From an uncultured bacterium (GTDB lineage: Bacteria; Desulfobacterota; BSN033; UBA1163): DNA of 58,110 nt. Each line of letters begins with the position of its first letter. Within the stretch, counting starts at the first letter, position 1. Where the stretch lies: the NCBI GenBank assembly GCA_938045955.1, contig CALIBK010000096.1, positions 1 through 58,110 of the forward strand, written 5' to 3'. The position numbers and the translations under genes are program-made. Below the pieces are notes generated by a model, which was given only the letters and a program-made list of their open reading frames with translations, made no database searches and was not told the origin of the DNA. Shown here piece by piece: positions 17,702-26,687 of this stretch.

Positions 17702-18859
17702 TTATCGGAGCATTCCCATAAATATTCCGGCGACCAAAGAGGTTCCAATGGCACCTGCCATGTTAGGTCCTAAGGCGTGCATGAGAAGATAATTTTTAGG
17801 GTTGGCTTTCTGTCCTTCTATTTGGGCGACTCGTGCGGCCATTGGTATCGCTGAAACTCCTGCGGCCCCAATAATCGGATTAATCTTCTCTTTTAGAAAG
17901 AGATTGACAAATTTTGCTCCTAACAAACCCCCTACAGTTGAAAAGACAAAAGCGAGAATAGCCAAACCAAAGATCAATAAGGTTCGTGGATTAAAAAATA
18001 CCTGGGCAGGCATAAGAGATCCAACGGATATTCCAAGTAGAAGAATAAGGATATCATTTAATATTCCTCCGGCACGAGCAAGCCGCTCTGTAACCCCACT
18101 CACTCTTAATAGATTCCCAAACATCAGCATTCCAACCAGAGGAGCACTTTTAGGAACAAAGAGGGAGGCGACAATGAAAACGATGATTGGAAAGAGGATC
18201 AATTCTAATTTTGAAACTTTTCGTATTTGAGGTTTCATCATAATCGTTCTTTCCTTTTTTGTTGTAAGTAAACGAATCACAGGAGGTTGGAGGATAGGAA
18301 CCAAGGCCATGTATGAATAAGCAACCATTGTAATGGGACCCAATAATACGGGAGCTAATGCCACTGTAAGATAAACCGTAGGAGGACCATCTGAGCCGCC
18401 AATGATACCAATACAGGCGGATTCATTAATGCTAAACATTCCACTCAAATGAGCAATCAAAAAAACGATAAAGACTCCTAATTGGGCAGTTGCTCCGAAC
18501 ACAAGGGAAATGGGACGGGCAATCGTGGGGCTAAAATCCATGAGTGTCCCCACGCCTAAAAAGATCAGTAAAGGAATAATTTCTGTTTCCAGTCCATAAT
18601 AATAAAGGAGATTAAGAATACCGATTTTTCCTTCTGCAATCTCTTTTACTCCTCCAATCGCTGGTAGTCCCTCAGGAGTATAGGTCATAATCCCTGCAAT
18701 CGGTAAATTGACCATGAATATCCCAAACCCAATTGGCACCAAAAGTATGGGTTCCATCTTTTTAACAATCCCTAAATAGATCAACACTCCACCAATTAGA
18801 AGCATAGCAAGGTGGCCCAGAGTCATCTGCCCTAATGCGCTCTCATATAACCCAAACAT
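17702..18859 (-). CDS. Na+-translocating decarboxylase beta subunit (OadB/GcdB/MmdB family), copy 2
   Basis: EPILLVPIGFG, IGIIGGSDGPP, AYSYMALVPILQPP, GAAGVSAIPMAARV, LLMHALGPN. Confidence 0.93.
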   Translation of the reverse strand: MFGLYESALGQMTLGHLAMLLIGGVLIYLGIVKKMEPILLVPIGFGIFMVNLPIAGIMTYTPEGLPAIGGVKEIAEGKIGILNLLYYYGLETEIIPLLIFLGVGTLMDFSPTIARPISLVFGATAQLGVFIVFLIAHLSGMFSINESACIGIIGGSDGPPTVYLTVALAPVLLGPITMVAYSYMALVPILQPPVIRLLTTKKERTIMMKPQIRKVSKLELILFPIIVFIVASLFVPKSAPLVGMLMFGNLLRVSGVTERLARAGGILNDILILLLGISVGSLMPAQVFFNPRTLLIFGLAILAFVFSTVGGLLGAKFVNLFLKEKINPIIGAAGVSAIPMAARVAQIEGQKANPKNYLLMHALGPNMAGAIGTSLVAGIFMGMLR

Positions 18860-18875
18860 CTCTTCCTCCTTTAAT

Positions 18876-19007
18876 CTATTTGGCTTTTTCTTTCTTCTGG
18901 ATCATTAAACTGGCAATCCAGATGATCACGGAAATGATGACTAAAACTAAAATATTAATTCCATATCCAGCCCCAGAAATTAAAAAAGCCAACTTCCAAT
19001 TAACCAT
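18876..19007 (-). CDS. Small single-TM protein, OadG/GcdD-like, copy 2 (43 aa)
   Basis: MVNWKLAFLISGAGYGINILVLVIISVIIWIASLMIQKKEKAK with an AAGGAG RBS, directly before beta copy 2. Confidence 0.7.
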   Translation of the reverse strand: MVNWKLAFLISGAGYGINILVLVIISVIIWIASLMIQKKEKAK

Positions 19008-19053
19008 TTTTTCGCTCCTTTCATCAGATATTTGAGAATATCTTTTTAGGAAA

Positions 19054-20193
19054 TTAGATGACTCCCATCCCTTTGAGGACAGAGAGCATGACGGCGGCAG
19101 CCATGACCGAACCCACCTGTCCACCCGTATTGGCTCCCATGGCATGCATGAGAAGGTAGTTCTTTGGGTTGTATTTCTGACCCTCTCTCTGAACCACCCT
19201 GGCTGACATTGGATAAGCGGAGATTCCGGCAGCACCAATGAGAGGGTTAACTTTCCCACCGGTTAATACCTTCATGACTTTTCCAAAGAGAACTCCACAG
19301 GCCGTATCCAAACAGATCGCTAAAAAGCCAAGTCCTAAAACGACCAAAGTCTGGGGTTTAAGGAAGATTCTTCCATCCATGGTAGCTCCTATAGAAATCC
19401 CCAAAAGGAGCGTGACAATGTTTGGAATCTCATTTTCAGCTGCTTTTGTGAGACGCCCGACGACCCCACACTCTTTCATAAAATTCCCGAGCATGATCGT
19501 TCCTAATAAAGGCAGGCCTCTCGGGGCAATCAAACCACCGATTACTGTGACGATCAATGGAAAAAGGAGTTTGGTGGTTTTTGAAACCGATTTCTTCACC
19601 ACTCCCATATTGATTTTTCTTTCCTCCTCCCCGGTGAGAAATCTCATAATGGGGGGTTGAATCACCGGGACCAGTGACATATAGGAGTATGCGGCGACCG
19701 ATACCGCACCCAGCAAATGTGGAGCATATTTGGAGGTGACATAAATGGCAGTTGGTCCATCACAGGCGCCTATAATCCCGATGGCCACTGCATCCTTTTG
19801 AGGAAATCCTAAGGCGAGGGCCAACGCTAATGTTAAGAAGATTCCAAACTGCCCTGCTGCACCTAAGAGGAAAATCTTAGGATTCTCAAGCAAGGGTCCA
19901 AAGTCGGTCATGGCCCCAATCCCCACAAAGATAAGGAGTGGAAACAGCTCTGTCATAATTCCCGCGTCATAAATAATCCTTAAGAAACCTTCTTCTTCCA
20001 TTAATCCTGCTAAGGGGATATTGACCAGGATTGCTCCAAATCCAATGGGAACCAGAAGCAACGGTTCGAAATCTTTTTTAATTCCGAGGTAGAGCAAAAG
20101 ACACCCAACTCCGATCATGATGGGATTGGACCAGTGAAGGTTAACAAATCCCGAAATGAGCCCCTGAATTCCACCCCAAATGGCCTCTGACAT
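19054..20193 (-). CDS. Na+-translocating decarboxylase beta subunit (OadB/GcdB/MmdB family), copy 1
   Basis: FEPLLLVPIGFG, GAMTDFGPLL.NP, IGIIGACDGPTAIY, AAYSYMSLVPVIQPP, YLLMHAMG. Confidence 0.94.
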   Translation of the reverse strand: MSEAIWGGIQGLISGFVNLHWSNPIMIGVGCLLLYLGIKKDFEPLLLVPIGFGAILVNIPLAGLMEEEGFLRIIYDAGIMTELFPLLIFVGIGAMTDFGPLLENPKIFLLGAAGQFGIFLTLALALALGFPQKDAVAIGIIGACDGPTAIYVTSKYAPHLLGAVSVAAYSYMSLVPVIQPPIMRFLTGEEERKINMGVVKKSVSKTTKLLFPLIVTVIGGLIAPRGLPLLGTIMLGNFMKECGVVGRLTKAAENEIPNIVTLLLGISIGATMDGRIFLKPQTLVVLGLGFLAICLDTACGVLFGKVMKVLTGGKVNPLIGAAGISAYPMSARVVQREGQKYNPKNYLLMHAMGANTGGQVGSVMAAAVMLSVLKGMGVI

Positions 20194-20214
20194 CTCTTAG
20201 ACCTCCTTTTGAGT

Positions 20215-20352
20215 TTACTTCCCCTCTTCCTCCTTTTTATATGGAAAGGCACTTTTCAAAATACTCATAATAAGACTCAGGATCCAAAGGGTTAATAGAG
20301 TCCCTCCCATTCCCACGACAACCATAGTGACTGCAAATGTCAAATTATCCAT
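20215..20352 (-). CDS. Small single-TM protein, OadG/GcdD-like, copy 1 (45 aa, not in ORF track)
   Basis: Manual translation MDNLTFAVTMVVVGMGGTLLTLWILSLIMSILKSAFPYKKEEEGK. The T...GMG pattern fits the OadG family. AGGGGGA RBS. Confidence 0.8.
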   Translation of the reverse strand: MDNLTFAVTMVVVGMGGTLLTLWILSLIMSILKSAFPYKKEEEGK

Positions 20353-20387
20353 CTTTTAATTCCCCCTGTAAAGATTGAAACTTTTTT

Positions 20388-20416
20388 TTTATATCACTTG
20401 GGGAAGAAAATTTCAA
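20388..20416 (-). promoter_or_regulatory. Candidate sigma70 promoter for the decarboxylase membrane-subunit operon
   Basis: TTGAAA-17 nt-TATAAA, 36 nt upstream of ATG 20352. Confidence 0.55.
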
Positions 20417-20467
20417 TAAAATAAGTGATTTTTTTAACAAAGTGATATTTCTATTAATTCCAACTTG

Positions 20468-23400
20468 TTATAGATTCTTGGAATGCCTTTTTTGAAATTC
20501 CTTGGCCTGATACATGAAGGCTTCAAGGCGGGTAAGGGTATTGGTTTGTTCCTGACCATCGTAGGCCATATTGAGGATGGGAATATTGTTATTCTCTTCT
20601 CGATACCGTTTTAGAATGGTACTCACAATCGTTCCAGGCATGCAGGTAAATGGCATAATATTGACGATTCCACAGACGCCTCTTTTTGCGAAATCGATAG
20701 TCTTCCCGATGGAAAGGATCGCCTCTCCTTCAAAGGAATAATCGAGATAGGGTTTAGCCTTCTTAAATATCGCTTTTGTCTTAGGTTCTCCAAAATTTCT
20801 GAGATGACCTTTAAAAATCCTCTCGAGATGATGTTCATCCTTCTTCTGATAATAGTCGGTTAGGAAGACCCTCAAAAGATTTGAAAACGATTTCTTTCTT
20901 AAACTTCTCTGCTTGGAGATCGTATTGACATAGAAGATCCACTCCGTTAGAGGAGCAATCCAGGCTTCTCCTCCAAACTGCTCAATCTTCCGGATCACAT
21001 TCTCATTGGCAAATCGATTGAGTCGAACAAAGATTTCCCCCACGATCCCAATCAATGGTTTTCCCCCAACCCCATTCACCTCGATCCGGTTAAATTCTCT
21101 CAGGATCTCTCTGAGAGTCTCCTCCAGATCCCCTCCTTCTCGGATGGTGTTGCAAATCTTACTTAACGATCTCTGATAGACCTCGTCGGATTCGCCCTTT
21201 CTCCTTTCGTAGGGTCGGGTCTCCAGGAGTTTCTTCATCAAGAGATCGACAGCTACAATCCCTTGCCATCCCAGGCGAGTAAACTGTGAACCCATGATCC
21301 CTAAATCACTATAAAGGGTCTCATCCTGATTGGGCGAGTAGATGGGAACGTGTTTAAATCCGAGCTGGTCGAGCACCAGACGATGGAACCGATGATACTG
21401 CCCGAACCGACAGGGACCATTCCCGGAGGGCATAAAGAACGCTGCCCTCTCGTGGTCGAAATGTGGATCCTTCAGAAGCTTCACCATATCCCCTGTGGTC
21501 AGGATACAGGGATAACACTCTTTCCCGGAGGTCAATTTCCTCCCCCAATAGAGGGTTTCGTCATCCGATTCAGGAAAAACCTCGGCCTCCACTCCACAGG
21601 CCTGAAACGCCGCAGCGACCGCAAAAGAATGGTCACACATATAAGGAATATAGATTTTCTTGGTTCGATCCGTTTTGGGCCTCGTTCTTTCAACCAGGGG
21701 AACCCTTTTGGGCTTCACATTCTTCAAACTATCTAAAAAAGCCTCACACCTTGTGATCGCACCCGCATCCGCACTGTGTTCATCGATTTCCAATTGAAGA
21801 TAGGGCTTCTCTTTGGAAAGCTCCCTAAAGAAGTGACTGATGAAAGAATCGGGCCCGCATCCGAAGTTAGTAATATAGACCCCATAGAGCCTTGGATCAT
21901 CATTAATAATCATTCCTGCGGAAAGAATCTTTTGCCCATATCTCCAGTACATCTCTCGAATCTCAGAAGTGGGCTTCACGGAATCCAGAGGCAAAAAATC
22001 CATGGGAATGGCCAGGACCCCAAGGTCCTTCAATTTCTTTGGAATATCGAGATTGACCCCGGAATCACAGGAGTTGTAAGGCCTTCCCACAATCACCATG
22101 GCCTTCTCTTCGGGTCCAATTTTGTCCAGAATCTCTTTACCCCGGTTCAATAAAGATTGGTAGAATCGAGCCTGGAACCTCTCGGCTTTCTCCAGTGCCT
22201 TTCTCACCTGTTTTGCACTGCGTCGAAGGACCTTCCCGAAACGAATTAACTCCTTCTCAAGTGTCTCTCTCCCGAATCCAAAATGGAAGATGGGTTGAAG
22301 AACCTCCACCCCATTTTTCTTAAAATCGATAGAGGAATGAACCGCATAGGGGAGTGCCTGGACATAGGGACAGGCGGTATTGGTGGGAATCTCCGGGTGT
22401 GAGGATTTGAGATTGATAATGCTCGGAAGAAAGATTCTCTTTACTCCTTTCTCTAAAAGGTTCAGGATGTGGCCATGGCTCACCTTAATCGGAAAACAGG
22501 TTTCTGAAACGACATTTTCAACCCCTTTCCGAATTAACTCCTTGTTCGTAGGATCGGAGAGAATCACGCGGTATCCCAATTCCGTAAAAAAGGCCTTCCA
22601 GAAAGGAAAAAGCTCGTGGAAAAATAAAATACGGGGGATGCCAAGCTCCGGCGAATCGACGGAAAGATTTTCTTCTCCTTCATAGGGAGCAAGGAGCATC
22701 CTCTCTCTTTCTTCAAAAAGGTCAGGGAGATTCGATCCTTTTGTCCTTTTAATGACATCGTATTTCTCGCATCGACTCCCATAGAAGAGGGGCTTCTCTC
22801 CTTCGACACTGACCTTTCGAATCAAACAGTAGTTCGCACATCCTTTACATTCAAACGAGGTTTGTTCATATCGCCTTCGGCTGAGATCGAATCCCTTGAA
22901 GCTCGATCGTTCCCAGGTTCGCTCTTCCATCGCCAGGATGGCCACTCCAATGGCTCCGGTGACATCATGATCGGGAGGAACGATAATTGGTTTCCCGAGG
23001 ACACTCTCAAAGGCCGCCACCACCCCTTTGTTAAAAGCGGTTCCCCCCTGGAAAAAGATTCGGTTCCCAATTCGACGATCTCCCACCACTCGATTGAGAT
23101 AATTTTGAACGATCGAATAACTGAGACCCGCTACAAGATCGTCCTTCTCAGCCCCTCTCTGCTGGTGATGGACTAAGTCTGATTCAATAAAGACCGTACA
23201 TCGCTCTCCCATCCGAACCGGCTCTTTGGCAGAGAGGGCAAGATCCCCGAACTCCTCTTTGATAGAGATGTCGAGCTTCTCTGCCTGTTCCTCAAGAAAA
23301 GAACCTGTCCCAGCAGCACAAACCTTATTCATCTCAAAATCAACCACGACCCCATTATCAATGCTGATGTATTTGGAGTCCTGTCCCCCAATTTCGAAGA

Positions 23401-24700
23401 TCGTATCTACCTTTGGATCAATATGGATGGCCGCAGTGGCCTGAGCCGTAATCTCGTTTCTCACTAAATCGGCCCCCACAAAATCCGCCGTGAGGTAACG
23501 TCCAGACCCTGTGGTGCCAACGCCTTTAATCTCCACTCGATCTCCAATCTCTTCACCAATCTCTTGAAGCCCTTTGCGAATGGCCTCAATCGGTCTCCCC
23601 GCTGTCATCAGGTATCGTTTGGATAGAACCTTCTTATTCTTGTCAATGACCACAAGGTTTGTACTGATGGAACCCACATCCAGACCAAGGTAGGCTTCGA
23701 TCTTTTCTTCGGGAGGGAGGCTCTTCCGGAAGGTTTCAGAAGAGGGACCGGGATTGGAATGCCTTTGAGAAGAGAGAAGATGATGGGGAGAAAGAGAGAG
23801 TGAAGGTAAGGGTTTCTCCTTTTCCTGATATCTCGCGAGATAATCCTTGAGCTCCGTAAGGTCTAATCGCTTAAGGGTTTTGCTCTCCTTATTCTCTTTT
23901 GAGACCAGGACGGCTCCGATAGCCCCCATAGAGGCAAAATATCTTGGGATGATGAGATCACCCTGAGAAAGCTCAAGGACATCCATGAAGGCCTTTCTCA
24001 TTCCAACATTGGCTGCCACTCCTCCCTGAAAAATGACCGGTTTGACAAAGGTCTTCCCTTTTCCGATATTGCTCTTAAAATTTCTTGCCAGGGCATAACA
24101 GAGACCTGCCACAATATCATAATCCGGGGTGGCGATCTGTTGAAGATGAATCATATCGGACTTCGCAAAGACACTACAGCGTCCTGCAATTCTCGGAGGG
24201 TTTTTCGATTTCAACGCCAGTTCACCAAACTCTTCTATGGTGAGACCCAATCGACTGGCTTGTTGATCAAGAAAGGAACCTGTGCCTGCAGCGCAAAGGG
24301 TGTTCATCGAGAAATCGCTAATTTTTAGACGACCATCCTCCTCTTCGAGAAAGATCAATTTAGAGTCCTCTCCTCCAATATCGATGATCGTTCGGACCTG
24401 GGGATAGAGAGTCTGGACGGCTTTCGCCTGGGCAATGATCTCATTGATAAAATTTCCACCCAAAAGTTCGGAGGCAAGTTTTCCTCCAATCCCGGTGAAT
24501 GAGACCGAAACAAAATGCTCGGCAGGGATTCGTTTGAGGATCTCCTCTAAGATTCTCTGAACTGTCTGAAGGGGCTGGCCTTTGAGTCGATCATAATGTT
24601 CTTCCAGAATCTCATCTTGTTCATTCATGATGATCGTATTGGCACTCACAGAGCCAATATCCATTCCTAAGTAAAGTTTTTCCATCTTTTGAAGATTCAC
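20468..24700 (-). CDS. Fused double acyl-CoA activase (ASKHA) + DUF2229/dehydratase-like protein; PlsA/Ger-like
   Basis: Two GxDxGS...NEIxAQA...IGGxDSK...MNxxCAAGTGSFL...CxVF repeats, a CKGCANYC linker, then ETCFPIKVSHGH, NFGCGPD, DEHSADAG..TRCEAF, GKECYPC, GPCRFGQY, PFTCMPG. Confidence 0.85.
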   Translation of the reverse strand: MNLQKMEKLYLGMDIGSVSANTIIMNEQDEILEEHYDRLKGQPLQTVQRILEEILKRIPAEHFVSVSFTGIGGKLASELLGGNFINEIIAQAKAVQTLYPQVRTIIDIGGEDSKLIFLEEEDGRLKISDFSMNTLCAAGTGSFLDQQASRLGLTIEEFGELALKSKNPPRIAGRCSVFAKSDMIHLQQIATPDYDIVAGLCYALARNFKSNIGKGKTFVKPVIFQGGVAANVGMRKAFMDVLELSQGDLIIPRYFASMGAIGAVLVSKENKESKTLKRLDLTELKDYLARYQEKEKPLPSLSLSPHHLLSSQRHSNPGPSSETFRKSLPPEEKIEAYLGLDVGSISTNLVVIDKNKKVLSKRYLMTAGRPIEAIRKGLQEIGEEIGDRVEIKGVGTTGSGRYLTADFVGADLVRNEITAQATAAIHIDPKVDTIFEIGGQDSKYISIDNGVVVDFEMNKVCAAGTGSFLEEQAEKLDISIKEEFGDLALSAKEPVRMGERCTVFIESDLVHHQQRGAEKDDLVAGLSYSIVQNYLNRVVGDRRIGNRIFFQGGTAFNKGVVAAFESVLGKPIIVPPDHDVTGAIGVAILAMEERTWERSSFKGFDLSRRRYEQTSFECKGCANYCLIRKVSVEGEKPLFYGSRCEKYDVIKRTKGSNLPDLFEERERMLLAPYEGEENLSVDSPELGIPRILFFHELFPFWKAFFTELGYRVILSDPTNKELIRKGVENVVSETCFPIKVSHGHILNLLEKGVKRIFLPSIINLKSSHPEIPTNTACPYVQALPYAVHSSIDFKKNGVEVLQPIFHFGFGRETLEKELIRFGKVLRRSAKQVRKALEKAERFQARFYQSLLNRGKEILDKIGPEEKAMVIVGRPYNSCDSGVNLDIPKKLKDLGVLAIPMDFLPLDSVKPTSEIREMYWRYGQKILSAGMIINDDPRLYGVYITNFGCGPDSFISHFFRELSKEKPYLQLEIDEHSADAGAITRCEAFLDSLKNVKPKRVPLVERTRPKTDRTKKIYIPYMCDHSFAVAAAFQACGVEAEVFPESDDETLYWGRKLTSGKECYPCILTTGDMVKLLKDPHFDHERAAFFMPSGNGPCRFGQYHRFHRLVLDQLGFKHVPIYSPNQDETLYSDLGIMGSQFTRLGWQGIVAVDLLMKKLLETRPYERRKGESDEVYQRSLSKICNTIREGGDLEETLREILREFNRIEVNGVGGKPLIGIVGEIFVRLNRFANENVIRKIEQFGGEAWIAPLTEWIFYVNTISKQRSLRKKSFSNLLRVFLTDYYQKKDEHHLERIFKGHLRNFGEPKTKAIFKKAKPYLDYSFEGEAILSIGKTIDFAKRGVCGIVNIMPFTCMPGTIVSTILKRYREENNNIPILNMAYDGQEQTNTLTRLEAFMYQAKEFQKRHSKNL

Positions 24701-24838
24701 CTCTCTTGAGATAAATTAATAAAATTCTAATCGATTCATTTTTTAGTTTTCAAGTTTATTTTCCTGAGTCCGCTCGTCCCCTTACCTTCCGATAGTGTTT
24801 GGAACAACTCCCTTTTGATTTAAAACGAATCTTATGGT

Positions 24839-25132
24839 ATGTATCAAATCGTTATGGAAAAGGTAAGGGCGAGGGTGATCATTGAAGGAAGGGTCCAGGG
24901 AGTCTTCTTTCGCTATCATACACAGGAGATGGCCTACCGATTAGGGATTAAAGGATGGGTTAAAAATCGAAGGGATGGTCGTGTGGAAGCAGTATTTGAA
25001 GGGGAAAGGAATCGCGTCAATCAAATGATTGAATGGTGTCATCACGGGCCTCCGGAGGCAAGGGTCACGGGAGTTCGAGTGACCTGGGAAGAGCATACCG
25101 GGGAGTTTCAGGATTTCTCAATCACCTATTGA
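24839..25132 (+). CDS. acyP: Acylphosphatase (start may be ATG 24854)
   Basis: [26 protein letters not shown]. Confidence 0.95.
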   Translation: MYQIVMEKVRARVIIEGRVQGVFFRYHTQEMAYRLGIKGWVKNRRDGRVEAVFEGERNRVNQMIEWCHHGPPEARVTGVRVTWEEHTGEFQDFSITY

Positions 25133-25353
25133 CCCTTCTTGGGAGCCTCTTTTTCCTCTTTCAGAATCTTCTTTTGAATCTCCTTTCCTATCTCTCCCTT
25201 CTCTTTTCTCACCAGTTCCTCGATGACCTCCATTCGCTTCCCTGTTTCCGTCAATCCCTCTCCCATCTTCTTTACGGTCTTTCCTCCTCCAAAATAGATG
25301 AAGAAAAAGAAGATGAGAATTCCAATAATCACTCCAAACAAGAATCGTATCAT
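25126..25353 (-). CDS. Small membrane-anchored hypothetical protein
   Basis: N-terminal hydrophobic helix and charged tail. AAGGGGA RBS immediately after the selenoprotein stop. Confidence 0.6.
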   Translation of the reverse strand: MIRFLFGVIIGILIFFFFIYFGGGKTVKKMGEGLTETGKRMEVIEELVRKEKGEIGKEIQKKILKEEKEAPKKGQ

Positions 25354-25365
25354 TCTTCATCCCCT

Positions 25366-26268
25366 TTAGCTTTTAGATGGAGCTTCGGAGGCTTGCTGTC
25401 TGGCCTTTTTAATATCCTCCAGATAATACCTGATCAGAGGAGACATCTCCGGCGGTTGCCAGTCCGTTTTTTTGGGATCCTCTGGCCATTGAAAGGGAAG
25501 ATGCCATACCTCTCCTGGATTTTTGGCCTTTTCGAAAACCTCAAGGGTTTTAAGAAGAACCTTTCTCTGTCCCTCGCGGTCTCCTGCCTGTCCTACGGGT
25601 CTACCGTAAGGGTATTCTATCGCTGCTGTTCGAGGGATTCCGACAGCCCGATGAAATTCCCAGGTAGTACTTAAAACAATCGTTGAAAATCCCCTCTCTT
25701 CAAGGAATCGAGCAGCCAGCCCCACGGACTGGTTACAGAAAGGTCAAGCAGGCGTTAGAAGAACGGCTTCCACTCCTTCTTCTTTCATTGACTGGGAAAT
25801 AGGTTCGATCGCCTCTTTTAAAAATTCAGTATTTTGCCACTGAAATCCATAAAAGGAGTAAGCGGTTGGGGCAAGCCTGCCAATTATTCCCTCTCGTTCA
25901 AATTCCTCCATTCTCTGAAGAGGAAGCATGACGTTGATATCCTGTTTAATCCAGTTTGTGTTGATATGAAGGTGGTTGACATCGATATCCTTTTCGGTTG
26001 TCCCTCTGGGGATCCTCCGGAAAGACCGATCTCCCCAGAGAGGCTCCCTTTTTTCTCTCTCCATATCAAAAGGAGGATCTGTTTTTAGACTTATCCCAGC
26101 ACTGGTGATCAGGCCTAAAATAATTTGATTTAAAGGTTTTGAGAGAGGTGTCCAGGGAATAGGACCATTAAACTCATGATCCGGAATAAAGGTCTTGATC
26201 CAGGCTTTAAGTCCTGGCGGAAGAAATTTAAAACCATCCACAATCTTTTTCCCCTCCTCCAACATCAT
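25366..26268 (-). CDS. Selenoprotein of the glycine/proline reductase selenoprotein B (GrdB/PrdB-like) family, Sec at TGA 25744-25746
   Basis: Track ORFs 25744-26268 and 25366-25725 are in the same frame. Read-through gives VEAVLLTPA-U-PFCNQSVGLAARFLEERG (UxxC). Also LITSAG, QDINVMLP..R, GIIG.LA, PYGRPVG. Confidence 0.88.
25716..25732 (-). promoter_or_regulatory. Putative bacterial SECIS hairpin
   Basis: CCAGTCC-GTG-GGGCTGG stem-loop starting 11 nt after the UGA. Confidence 0.6.
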
Positions 26269-26309
26269 TGCACCTCCTGAGATGAAAAAAAACTTACCGA
26301 TTATATATA

Positions 26310-26470
26310 CCTAAATTGAGCGATTTTTCACCATTAATTGAATCAAATATACTGGATTCCTGCTTCCGCAGGAATGACGACTGCCACCCGATGAATGAAA
26401 ACGTCATTCCCGTGAAAACGGGAATCCAGAGTGGTTATCTTTAATATTACCAAGAATCGCTCAATTTAGG
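26310..26470. mobile_element. MITE copy 2 (16-bp TIR, 5-bp TSD ATATA)
   Basis: Same TIRs and internal REP-like doublet as 6425-6586, with ATATA on both sides. Confidence 0.9.
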
Positions 26471-26505
26471 ATATAAAAACCTCAAAAAATAATCAAGGAA
26501 AAAGT

Positions 26506-26612
26506 AATCCATTCGTCATGGGTTTGGGATAGGCCTGATAGGGGTAAGGAGAAAATCATGAATGCGGTTACCTTAAACTGCCCCAGAAGCTCTCAGGCCA
26601 GAATGATTCCGC
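26506..26612 (+). repeat. Dispersed ~100-bp repeat, copy B
   Basis: ATAGGCCTGATAGGGGT..GGAGAAAATCATGAATGCGGTTACCTTAAA..CCCC..AAGCTCTCAG is the reverse complement of copies A and C. Confidence 0.75.
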
Positions 26613-26687
26613 CCCCCGTTGAGGGATTACGAAATCCTTCCTTTTCACAATTAGAAATTGTATAATGAGGTTCCAAAAGATTGAAAT

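Noticed and set aside
18876-19259. 127-aa track ORF overlapping the beta subunit
   Set aside because: Only the last 43 codons (from ATG 19007, with RBS) look real. The rest is an alternative frame of the oadB-like gene.
25033-25674. 213-aa plus-strand ORF
   Set aside because: It is antisense to the selenoprotein and the small membrane gene and has no recognisable motifs.
25366-26268. Nonsense pseudogene or two separate genes
   Set aside because: The TGA falls at the UxxC position with a SECIS-like hairpin, so selenocysteine recoding explains it better.
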